Assembly (NCBI RefSeq): GCF_037042905.1 | Contig: NC_087252.1 | Span: 5,210,001-5,274,000, forward strand | Direction: 5' to 3' | Source: Lytechinus pictus | Taxonomy: Eukaryota | DNA length: 64,000 nt | In this document: positions 52,584-64,000 of the stretch, in pieces | Layout of the letters: every line of letters begins with the position of its first letter | Position numbering within the stretch: the first letter of the stretch is position 1 | The notes under the pieces: generated by a model | What the model was told of the DNA's origin: nothing | Database searches by the model: none | The model's input: only the letters and a program-made list of their open reading frames with translations | Program-made: the position numbers and the translations under genes

Positions 52584-54261
52584 TGTCACAAGCAATTCTT
52601 TTTTATTTTTGCACTCAAGCAAAATTCTAAAATTTGTTTATTTAACATAGAAAATGTTAACAGGAGAAATTGATTAATGGTGTAATTCTGAAAATTGTGT
52701 TTAAATAAAGAAAATCTAAATTTGAAAGGTATTGATAATTTACTCATTTTGGCCTTGTGATGGCAGTATTATTGATTGAGTTGCATAAAAGACCTATGTA
52801 TTTAATTACTTAAATAGGAAGGGCTATACAGTATTCAGCTCTTGCAGGTTCTTTTGTTGTAGGTTGGAGGTTCTAGTAACAGGTGGAATAAACACTTAGC
52901 ATTCCAAGACCCGCCCGAGGTCTATTGATTGTACAGTGCACCTAATTGCTGTGCACAGAGAGTAGGATCACTTTCATTTTGTTACTCTTTGAGAGAGGTT
53001 GTGTTCTGAGGAGCAAGGAAGAAATGACCCTCAGTTTTTAATTAGTTTTGGAGTTTCCTACCCACAATGGTGGTGAGTCTATTTGTATTTTATCAGTATA
53101 TTTCAGCTTTAAAAAGAGAAATATTAGATTCTGCAATCTAAGAGGTAATTTTGCTCTGAATTTCTAATCCACATTTTGTTATAATAATTATACCAATCAG
53201 AAGCCTGTTTCGGTAACTTTAATAGGCATAATTGTACGCCGAGTTTTAACAATTTCCGGCTTCAAATAATTATCACAATTATATTGCATAGATGGAATAG
53301 TTGTATTTCAGTATTTTTGTAGGAGTGAATTCATGTCAATTTTTCTAGGATTTATAATTTACATGTATGCTGATGAATTATTACTATCCAGATATTCTGT
53401 CGTTGCTTATTAATGAATAAGAAAGACGTGTATTTATCAAAATGATTTATAAAAGTAATTGAGATGTTAAAAACTATGATTTGCCATTTTAGATAATGGG
53501 AATTTATTCAATTTTCAAGGGTCCTTTGGTCAGGGAGCTGTTACCCATGGACAGCCATTTCATTCTGGGGCTACATCCATAGAAGCCTTCAGTTTTCGTC
53601 GGCCCTGAACCAAGATGACATATTCTGAATATTCAACCCCGAGTTCAGCTTAGTTTCTTCTCGACGTCATGCGACAGGTCGAAAGCGCCTAGACTTCAGT
53701 GACGCCATTCTTCGACGGACTTCGTGGATCTCCGATAAACTTCGACATACGTCATTCTACGTCATCGGTTTTCAAGGTCATAGGATAACCGCCATTTTGG
53801 TCAACGTGTCATGTTTTCATCGACATCATATGGACTGCATCCATGTTTAATCAGGGAAGTCCTTTAATTTAATAAACCCTTTATATTGTCCGGACAAATT
53901 ATTATTTCTCCAACCCAATACTGATATTTTTTTCTTCCAAATCTGATATTCTAATCAAACTTAAATTTATTTTGTTATCTTTTGAAAGTCAATATCATTT
54001 ATATGTGAACTTATGTTATATTCATTGTTGAAATTTCAATGGAAATGAATCGCATTTGGAGCGAAATGATATAGTTGTAATAAACAACTTTAAACCTGAA
54101 TGATTATTGTGCAGTGCAATTACTTATGTGTACTTTGACTTACATCATAGCTCTCTTCACTTTGAAAAGGGTTGCTTGGGGTATGTGAGGTTGTTTATGT
54201 GATTTGGGGTGATTGGTGACCAAATCTTCAGGTAAACAAAAACCAAGGTTTGATCCTGACA
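52584..54261 (+). repeat. 3' LTR (1678 bp), preceded by PPT AAGGAAGGGGAAG
   Basis: Direct repeat of the 5' LTR, followed by ATCTA. Confidence 0.95.
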
Positions 54262-57200
54262 ATCTATAACCTTATTTTGTGTGCCATATGCTAAACCATC
54301 TCTTCATGAAAATGCATGTTAATTCATAACGATTACATTTTATAAACTCATTTGCATTACCTGAGGCATAACGTGCAATGCTGTCAGAAATTCACTTAAT
54401 CATATTTTGGTAATTCAGAAAAACGTCTTAGACGACATAATTTTCAATGCTGGGATTGATTTTAATTACTTTAAGTCAATTTAATTAGACGGGGTGGGTA
54501 TAGGGTGTATCTAGCTCGATAAGAAGTAATCATTTTGATAGGCTCACTCAGACAGGATGGTATTTCGAATTCTTGTACTTAAAAAATAATCATTATGCAA
54601 CTAACCTTGATTTATTAAAAGTACCTCTTATTCCTTAATTAATTCAAACAATAGTTCTGTAATCGTAATTAACAATTATTCATTTTTTCATATCTTTTTC
54701 ATCACTGGTTAATGACTTTGTTTTGGACCCTATATGGAATACTAGCAGAGTGATGCCTACATTGTCAATGTTCGATGAGAACAAATATTTAGACATAACA
54801 ATCAATTTCAAATATGTTATTTATGTTACACTCTCAGTATGAAGCATTTCTGTTAAGCTTTCGATAGATTTTCAAGTACTTTTCCCCTTTTCATTTCAAT
54901 AAACCAAATTGTAATTGGTTTTACCCTATTTGAATAATCTTTACTACTGAAGAGAATTTCGATACTTAATGTGTACATTCGTCATACATTATAAGAAAAT
55001 TTCAATCTCTTTTCAGCATCATTAGCAAATGGACATTTGAATTACCTAAACGACATTTGATTTACCTATGTACGACTTGATGCCTTAATTCATGCATGAT
55101 TATGTAACAATTGCTATTGAACGGATATTTGAATTCCCTATGGACATCTTATTTATCTATAAGATCATTTGATTTGCAAGCTGGACATTTGATTTACCTA
55201 TTGAAAATAAATTCTCTTGTGCGGACAATTGACTTCTCTAAGGACATTTTATTCATCTATTGGGATACAAATCTGGCTAATGGGACATTTGAATTCCCTA
55301 TTGATATTTGAATTACCTAATCGGACACTTTCTCTGACACGGCGGACATTTGACCTGGAAAACCTATATATACTTGAACATTTATTGAAAGCTTAACATA
55401 ATTAAACATGCTTCATACCGAGAGTGTAGCATAAATAACATTTATTTAAAGGAAAATGCGTTGAAATTGATTGTTATGTCTAAATATCTGTTCTCATCGA
55501 ACATTGACAATGTAGGCATCACTCCGCTAGTCTTCCATATAGGGTTCAAAACAAGGTTATTAACCAATGACGAAAAAGATGTAAAAAAATGAGCAATCGT
55601 TAATAAAGATGACAGAACTATTGTTTTGATTAATTAAGGAATAAGAGGTACTTTTAATAAATCAAGGTTAGTTGCATAATGATGATTTTTTTTTTAACAA
55701 CAATAATTTGAAATGGCTACCCTGCCTGAGTGAGCCTATCAAAATGATTACTTTTTATCGAGCTAGATACACTCTATACCCACCCCGTCCAATTAAATTG
55801 ACTTAAAGTAATTAAAATCAAATCGAACTTTGAAAATTATATCGTCTATAAAGACGTTTATCTGAATTACCAAAATATAATTAAGAGGATTTCTGACAGC
55901 ATTCAAGGTTGTTGCACGTTATGCCTCAGGTAATGCAAATGAGTGTATGAAATGTAACCGTCTTGAATTAACATGCATTTTCATGAAGAGATGGTTTAGC
56001 ATATGGCACAAAAATAAGGTTGTAGATGTATTCATGATAAAAATACAAACATATAAATATAAATGATTTTCATTTGTGCCAGTAAGAAGATAATTTACAT
56101 GTTTGGGATGGGTGAGAGACTGAGGAAAGTTATCTATATATAAACTGATACTTCATATGAAGAATTAAACAATTATTCTTTTAATGAGTTGAATAGGTTT
56201 CATAACTGTAAGGAACAAACATGTTTACAAATAATTAGTTTTTCATATGAATTATGAAATTAAATGCCATGTTAAGATTTATATATTCTGGGCTGGAGTA
56301 AAAAATATTGTAAATAATATCCGTAGTTTGTCTGTAGTTCATGTTGTGTGGTGTTCGATATGTAGTGGAAGGAATATAATAATTTGGTAAATAAACAACA
56401 GAATATGCAAGAAACTTAAAGACTATTGAAATCACTATATGACATTTGTTTGTTTTCCTATAACAATTGAGTTGAGAAGGAAAAGTTGAAACGGTGGAAT
56501 AAATGGAAGGAAGAGAAAAGAGCCTGATACAAAAAGGCGCTCCATCTCCACCAAGACATAAAACGGCTCCAAAACAGGGGCGGGGTAGAATGAAAAGGGA
56601 AGAAATATATAAAAGTGTACAAAATAAATAAATAAGACGATGAAAACATACACGGCCAAGACCCCCCCCCCCCAAAAAAAAAAAAAGAAATAAAAAATGA
56701 ATAAATAAATAAATAAATAAATAAAAATAAGGATAAAAATCAAGGAGGTCATCAAATTTGTGAAACGAGACGGGGGGGGGGGGGCGAAATCCCTTGCCTA
56801 AGAAATTGATACATCGAGCAGGAAGAAATAGGGAAAGCTGAGTGACAGAAAATGAAAAAGCGAAAGATGAAAAAATGAAGTTATCACGTTCGAGTCATCA
56901 TTATTTCAAACCGTGGACAATTGAGATCCCTATACGACATTTGTTTTCCCAAGTGGGACATTACACTCTCTAATTGGACATTTAGTTCCCTATGTGACTT
57001 TTTGTTTCCCTAATCGGATATTTGATATAGCTATATGGACACTTTGAACCTACGTGGACATTTGAAATCCCTAATCGGATATCCATATTCTTATGCGGAC
57101 ATTTGTTCATGTACACGGACATTTGAAATACCTATATGGACGATTGGTTTCAATCTGCGGACATTTGAACTGGAAAACCTATATATACTTTCCATTCTCT

Positions 57201-57677
57201 TCGGATTAGTCCTTCGTATTTCCTTTCACAGAGAGAGGACCCAAGCTCTTGCTTGGGTCCTCTGGATATGTATAATTACTTGTAAAACAAAATTTTAATT
57301 GTGCTCATGACTTTTGTCTATATGGCAACACATTGGTTTGGTAAGCCTTGAACATAAATTTTGGCTTTAATAGACTTCAACTTATGTTTAGTAATAATTC
57401 GTCGTTTATATATTAATTATTTGGTATAGCATGGTTCATTCATCTTCTGTGCTATTTTATAATATTTTGATCATTATAAAGTCTCGCTCACCAAAGTTTA
57501 TTCAATTTCTTTTTTAATAAGTAATCTCTTGGTGATTTTGGTCACCTATTTGTTTCATGCTTTGTTAGATAAATACAACAATGAATGAAATTCCATTGCT
57601 GTGAGTCCTGAATGGCACAGATAGTTCAACGCTCCTAATTTGTTTTTACATTCAATTCGACATCTCTTCTAGCTACC

Positions 57678-57874
57678 CAGGCCGAACAGGTGCGGGACCG
57701 GAGACTACGTCACACGTGATTATGTTGTGTAACGCACACGCCACTGCCCTCTCCGGTATGAGTATCAATGTCGGAGGATTTCCCGCGCAAATTTTCCCGC
57801 GCAAATTCTCCGCGCGAATTAGCCGAATTAATCTCCTTGCAGGCGTCAGTCTCCTGTCACGCTTGCACGGCCTG
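57678..57874. mobile_element. Small CpG-rich inverted-repeat element
   Basis: CAGGCCG...GGAGACT / AGTCTCC...CGGCCTG. No TSD seen. Confidence 0.5.
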
Positions 57875-59270
57875 ATTTAAAACAGTCACTGCATAATTCA
57901 GATTTAGTGTATTATTGTGTCAATAATGGTACCACCTTGCACCGATTACTTACGATACCAATATTCTCTCTTTATTAACCTAAAATTTCGATCTTTTCCT
58001 TTCTTTTCATGCAAATACACTGTCCTGATATTCCTATGAAGAATTTGCTTCGATTCACGCCTCAAACTGGCGCCATTTGATTAGATAAGTCATTTGTCTA
58101 CATGATAAAGGAGGGACTCTCTTCCTCCCAAATAACTCAAGTAACGCTAAATAGATCAGTGCGTTCATACCATGACCATTATGAACCAATGTCTTCATGC
58201 AGTTAGTATCATTGTTGTATTCACATTATTTGTATTAACTTTTCTCTCCTTCCCACATATTTTGCCCTCAGGCTCATACCAATCTGGAATTCGTTCAGGA
58301 TTCTTTTTTTATACAATATATTAGGGACGGGTCCAAGAGATTAACACCATTACATTTCACACATTCACTGGTTATTTTATGATTTTTCCTTTTGAAGCTA
58401 TTTTTCTAAACGCTCCTATCATGAGGAATTGATTTCGAGCCCAATGTGCAGAAGACTTTAATCCTCCTTAATAATAATAGAGGGTAGCCTCCATACGATC
58501 CCTCGCATCACTGCAACCTTATTATTACGCATAGTACTTCATACATCCACTTTGGGTCATGACCCATCATGGTCGTTTGGTTCTCGCTTTCCAAATAATT
58601 TAGATATTGAGAACTAATCGACCCTGTTGGGTCGTGACCTATAGTGTATTGTTCTATCAAATCTACTAATTCCTTCTCAATGAAGTCTTCAACGATTATA
58701 CAAATCGCTCATCCAGTTGGAAGTATTACGGCCTCCGCTCACACCCGACTATGTATTCACAGTACCCATCAAAACAGCATCTTATCAGTGTGGGTAAGCT
58801 TTTTCACACATGATTCCATACTCTGTATAAGTAATGCTAGAACCAAAATATACACAAATATTTAATTTCAAGGAGATACTTTTTGATTATTTAAATGCAA
58901 AGCTTTTTTTCCACTTCTGACCTTAACTTTGTTTCAAAGTCAGAGTTCTTATTTTTCCATTTTCTTAAGATATGATTAAACACTTTGCTATTGAATGCGT
59001 ATGACTTATATTAATTTATTTCTGCTCCATACTTATAACAGGGTGTTATTTCAAAAAAAGTATACATTTTCGTTTTGTGAAATCGGGTTCTCGCTTGAAC
59101 CTCCCTTACATGATACGTCATTTTCATTTACCATTACTTTGCTCTCTACTGCCCTCTACAGGTGCCTTCGTGGGCTCAAGCAACGGACAATGCACATGCT
59201 CAAAACTACGGCTTGTTCATCCTTCAATACACAATAAGCTGACTTCCTTTGCCTCTTCTCTCATCATGCT

Positions 59271-61718
59271 CATGGGCGGAAATCCCAGGGGGGACAGGGG
59301 GGACATGTCCCCCCTACTCAAAATAGTAGGGGGGACACAATATCAAATGTCCCCCCTACTATTTTTTGTCTTTTATGATGGTAAGAAATACATCATTCTA
59401 AATCGAAATATAACATGTATTTTGGGACGAGATGACCGTACTTTTGGGATGATAACCTTTTTTTGCTTGTCAAATTTTCCCGCCCCTTGTCCCCATAGGC
59501 GGATCCAGGGGGCCGAGGGCCCCCCCTCCCTAATGGCGGAGCAAAAAAAGAAAAAAACAGGGAAAGAAAGAAGGAAAAAGGAAAAGAGAGGAGAAAAGAA
59601 GAGAAGGACGACGAGTGCATAAAATAAGTTGAGGGGAAGACTTTGAAAAAAAAAAGAATCTTTCGTGCCACTATATAAAATTTTCGCTCCCTCTTCGCGC
59701 TCGCATTACCTGTTAGGTGATTTACATATCTTGTTCAATATGGAGCTCAAATATCAAGTTTGGATGTCAATATACAAAACATATTTCACCTCGGAAATCG
59801 ATCATTATTTTGTGTGATTTACAAATTGATTTTTTTTAAGTGCTCTGTAAAAATGTCAGTTTTATGGTCTGAATAATTTTATCAACATTTGCTGCTTGCG
59901 CTGCGTGCTCGCAAATTTTGATTTATCAGGTATCTGTTATTTTCGTGTATTCCATAAAGTTTTCAAAATATCCCTTTTCAGGTCTGATTGTCAAGATGTA
60001 TCAGCTAGCGCTGCACGCTGGCATTTTGATTGGCGAGTTATGTATGTTTCAATATTGATTATACAACAAACTACTTAAAATCCCCTTTTCATGATCAAAA
60101 ATTTTAGCTCGCGATTTGCGCTCGCATTAATGGTTAAAAGTATATCAACTGATGCATCCTATTCATAATTACAAAAGTTTTTATGCCATAATATCATCAG
60201 ATTTTGCGTCCTCATTAGGCATGAATAAATATGATATTAATTTAATAATTAAATTGTCCCTTTTGTTTCATCTCGCGCTTAGCAAGAGGAATAGGAAGAT
60301 AGTCATCATTTTCATGATATGTTGTAAGGATGTCCCGGTCCTATGTCAAAACTCAAAGTAATAATAATAAAAATTTTAGCTCTTTTTTTTAAGCGCGATC
60401 CATATCCACCAGACAATTTTCCTACAAAGTGCTTGAAATATAAAGCTGTAATTGACTCTTTTTTTCAGATCGGAATATCAAAGTTTCATGATTTTCATGA
60501 TTAAAGATGTATTTAGAATGCCTAGATTCTAGGTCTAAATGTGAAACACGCGCGCGCAGTTTATTCAAATACTCAACTTGTTCTCTATTTAAATCATTAT
60601 CCAGTTTCAGATCACAATATCAAAAAATTTTCTGCTCGCGCTTTGTGCTCGCGTTATTAATGTAGGAAGACCCTCTATTAATCATCCTTTTCATGTTTTA
60701 CAAAACATTGATTTTGATTGATTTATTTTATTTAAACACGGTAAAAAGCCCTCGATCAGCCTATGGCTGTTTACAAAACATGCAGAGTGGCCCATTATAG
60801 GTCTAAATCTCGATTTTTTTTTTGTTCTGCTCGCGCTTCGCGCTCCATCAATTGTTGAATTATATAGCTATCCTGTTCACGATTACAAAAATTGATTAAA
60901 ATTTTCCATTCTTTCTTTAGAAATTTTCATAATTTTTCAGCTCGCGCTTCGCGCTCGCATTTTTTGATTGTTGAAATATGTAACGCCTTCATGGCTAAGT
61001 GCAAGTAGTCCTTAACACTGAGGTACCTTTTCAACAGGTACCAGTTCAAAACGTAGGCCTATATAAAAGTTTTCTGCTCGCATTATTAATACTCATCCTT
61101 TCATGATTTACAAAACATGAATAGAGTGTCTCGTTCAGTAAATATTATAGGACTAAATCTCAAAATTTTCCGCTCGCGCTTCGCGCTCGCATTAATTGTC
61201 TACTTATATACCTATTCTGCTTGAGTTACAAAAAGTGCTTATAATTTTCATTGTTTAGGTGAAAATGTCAAAAAAAAAATCAGCTCGCGCTCGCATTATT
61301 TGATTGTTAAATGCTAACTGCACGCAGTCTTTAACAGGTATCTTTTCCATCAGTTCATTTCTGCTCGCGCTTTGCGTTCGTAGTAATTATTAAGTTGCAT
61401 ACACATTTTTTTTCAGGATAACAAACATTGCCCAGAATGTTCAAATTTTAGGAAAAGTACATAACATTTCCAAAATATTAGCTCGCGCTTCGCGCTCGCA
61501 TCATATAAATAAGGATTATGATATTATATATGAATTTATAAGAATAAAGCTAAGAAGTGACTAATGAGGACTACCCCTTCAAAGAAACAAACACAAATCA
61601 TCTTCGAGCTGCTGATCGGGGAAAATATGGCTGAAACAAATTTCCGCCCCCCCCCTATTGGCGAAGGCTGGATCCGCCCCTGTGTCCCCCTACCTTTTGG
61701 GAGAGATTTCCGCCCCTG
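59271..61718. mobile_element. hAT-like MITE (8 bp TSD) containing a nested related element at 59494-61682
   Basis: ATCATGCT|CATGGGCGGAAATC...GATTTCCGCCCCTG|ATCATGCT. The inner element CATAGGCGGATCCAG...CTGGATCCGCCCCTG carries many GCTCGCGCTTCGCGCTCGC motifs. Confidence 0.85.
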
Positions 61719-61937
61719 ATCATGCTCATAGGTTCCTTGAACCTCCTTTGTGTATCGTGCTTTGTATGTTGTAAGTTCCCTTTCTGTTCGTTTTTGCTTC
61801 AGTACCTCTTCTCATTCATGCACGTGACTGTTGTTTATCTGTTTCTGACCGGGACTTGTATTTCAGATTTCACTGTTCCTGCTATAGACATTTTAATGTC
61901 ATCTAAAAAAAAAATGCGTTTTCTGATTTTCTTTAAT

Positions 61938-64000
61938 ATGGCAAATTCGGTAGATACACCATTCAATACAATTAACGATGATGACTTTCTTGACTTGTTT
62001 AGACCACCGTTAGTAGAAAGTGAATCAAACATAAATCCCTATGTTACTTCCTTTGAAAATCATGTTACAGACAAATTTAATTCATCATCACAAGAGTTGA
62101 ATTATGATTTTGACACTGATAACCAATTTCCAGGTCCATGTTCTGAATACGTCACCCATAACCAGTTTAATAATGTTGTTAAGGAATTTGATAACTCCTC
62201 TTTTTCTCTTATACACCTTAATATTAGGAGCATTAACAAACACTTTGATGAATTACGGTTACTTTTAGATAATCCCACCATGCAAACATTTTCAGTAGTA
62301 GGTTTAACCGAAACATGGCTTTCTCATGATTCAAGCCTTCCATTCGCTCTCGATGGTTATGATCTTTTAGTTAACAACAGACAAAATAGGGTGGGTGGGG
62401 GCGTTGCATTATATGTTTCACAATCTTATGATTATGTAGTTCGAGACGAGCTTAACAGCATGTCTGATACAATTGAATCTCTTTTTATTGAAATTACTAT
62501 CCCTAACAGCAAAAACATTATCATAGGTGTTATATACAGGCCTCCGAGTTCGAATATCAAATCATTTCTAGATCATATCTCAGACTTGGTTAAAAATCAA
62601 ATTTTTGATAGTAAAAATTGCTTTATAATGGGCGATTTTAATATTGATTTATTAAAACAAAATAATGTTACACAAGATTGTTTGGAAATATTTTTATCCG
62701 CTTCTAACTTACCTTTAATATCTAAACCCACACGCGTAGTCAATGAATCCGCTTCGCTTATTGATAATATTTTCTGTAACGTTCTTCCCCCACCCGATTC
62801 CTTCATATTACTCTCTGATATCACTAATCACTTCCCTGTCTCGACTAATTTCTCTTTAAAAGACAGATTCAATAACATATATAGCCGTCCATTAAAACGT
62901 AGAATAACACACGAAAATATAGCTCGTCTGGGTGCTAGTTTAGACGATGTTGATTGGTCTTGTGTCTTTGATAATAATGACGTTAACTTGTCCTTTGAAA
63001 ACTTTATGAACATTTTTAATTTACACTTTGACACCCATATTCCAAAACTTAGAGATAAGACATTTAACTACAAAAAAAAATCACCGAAGCTCCCATGGAT
63101 TTCTAAATCGCTCTTGCGTTCGATAAATAGAAAGAATAATTTATATTATAAATACAAAATGAAACGCTCTGAGCAATCCAAACTTAAATATACTTGTTAC
63201 AAAAATACATTGACAAAAATTATACGTTTAGAAAAGAAAAGATACTTTACTAATCAGTTACAACTTTACAAGCGTGATATGCAAAATACATGGAAAGTTT
63301 TAAAACAAGCAATGGATATAACAAATAACAAATCTAATATTACAAAAATTAGATCTGGCGATGTTATTTTTGAAGATTCTCACCAAATTTGTAGTATCCT
63401 GAATAATCACTTTTCTTCAATTGGGGAAAATCTTGCAAGTAATATTCCTCCCGCAACAAAACACTTTTCTGAATTTTTAGGCCCACCAAATTCTAGTTCA
63501 ATGTTTCTCGCTCCAACTTATAATCAGGAGATAATTAATATTGTTTCTGATTTTAGTTCTAAAAAAAGTACAGGACATGATGACATCAATAATTTTCTTC
63601 TTAAGTGGGTAATATCGTCCATTGCGGATCCCCTAACTCATATATTCAATCTGTCACTTCTTAACGGCATTGTCCCCGAGAGCATGAAAATTGCAAAAGT
63701 CATTCCTTTGTTTAAAAGGGTGATAAATTAGATGTTAATAATTACCGCCCAATTTCTTTGTTATCTACTTTGTCGAAAATACTTGAAAAGATTATTTATA
63801 AAAGAACTGTAAATTTTTTCAAATCAAATAATATTTTTTCAAATTCGCAATTTGGATTTAGGGAAAAGCATAGCACCACACATGCATTATTGAGTTTCAT
63901 TGAAAAAGCGGCACATTCAATCGATAAATCTTCTCATTTAATTGGTTTGTTCCTGGACTTCTCCAAGGCCTTCGACACCATTAATCATGATATTTTACTT
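61938..64000 (+). mobile_element. CR1/L2-group LINE ORF2: APE endonuclease plus start of RT; frameshift near 63715; runs off the window
   Basis: HLNIRS, LTETWL, GGGVALYV, IYRPP, GDFNIDL, SLIDNIF and TNHFPV. After the shift: GD..NYRPISLL..SKILEK, QFGFR, FLDFSKAFDTINH. Confidence 0.92.

Larger units (their letters stand above)
46384..54261 (+). mobile_element. Full-length Gmr1-like Ty3/Gypsy LTR retrotransposon, inactivated
   Basis: TG..CA LTRs at 46384-48064 and 52584-54261, TSD ATCTA, PBS and PPT present. Order is gag-PR-IN-RT-RH. Confidence 0.95.
43777..55365. mobile_element. Inner copy of the same TIR family inserted in opposite orientation
   Basis: ATAT|AGGTTTTTCAGGTCAAATGTCC...GGACATTTGACCTGGAAAACCT|ATAT. 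Its sequence is the reverse complement of the joined outer pieces. Confidence 0.8.
43294..57180. mobile_element. Outer non-autonomous TIR transposon (pieces 43294-43776 and 55366-57180)
   Basis: Termini AGTTTTTCCAGGTCAAATGT / ACATTTGAACTGGAAAACCT with ATAT flanks and subterminal CAAATGTCC repeats. Confidence 0.8.

Noticed and set aside
59077..59671. 181-aa and 92-aa ORFs
   Set aside because: They span MITE junctions and purine-rich low-complexity sequence, with no domain signal.
61722..61937. N-terminal extension of the 669-aa ORF
   Set aside because: It starts inside a MITE TSD and reads through pyrimidine-rich flank. The LINE ORF more plausibly begins at 61938.

Overview
AT-rich, repeat-dense eukaryotic DNA. 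The TE repertoire suggests an invertebrate deuterostome, most likely an echinoderm (inference). No intact multi-exon host gene lies wholly inside the window. The host scaffold appears to be a tandemly duplicated, decaying cluster of leucine-rich-repeat (LRR, possibly TLR-like) genes. It comprises three minus-strand signal-peptide first exons (2910-2976, 19934-19990, 36785-36851), a repeated plus-strand module with NF-kB-type sites followed by a decayed signal-peptide/LRR frame, and an unidentified duplicated pseudo-coding block. Many transposons overlie this scaffold: a full-length but inactivated Gmr1-like Ty3/Gypsy element (integrase before RT) nested with an L2 LINE inside a DNA transposon that itself inserted into an inverted copy of its own family; Neptune-type Penelope fragments with hammerhead-like motifs; RTE, L2 and CR1-group LINEs; tRNA-SINEs; and many MITEs. 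Two oddities stand out: a 2.57 kb near-perfect inverted duplication (29551-35038) whose loop is a LINE 3' end, and a (TA)n-flanked 410-bp-period element carrying two cloverleaf tRNA-like genes with a UCA (UGA-reading) anticodon and Pol III terminators. All alignments and translations were done by eye.
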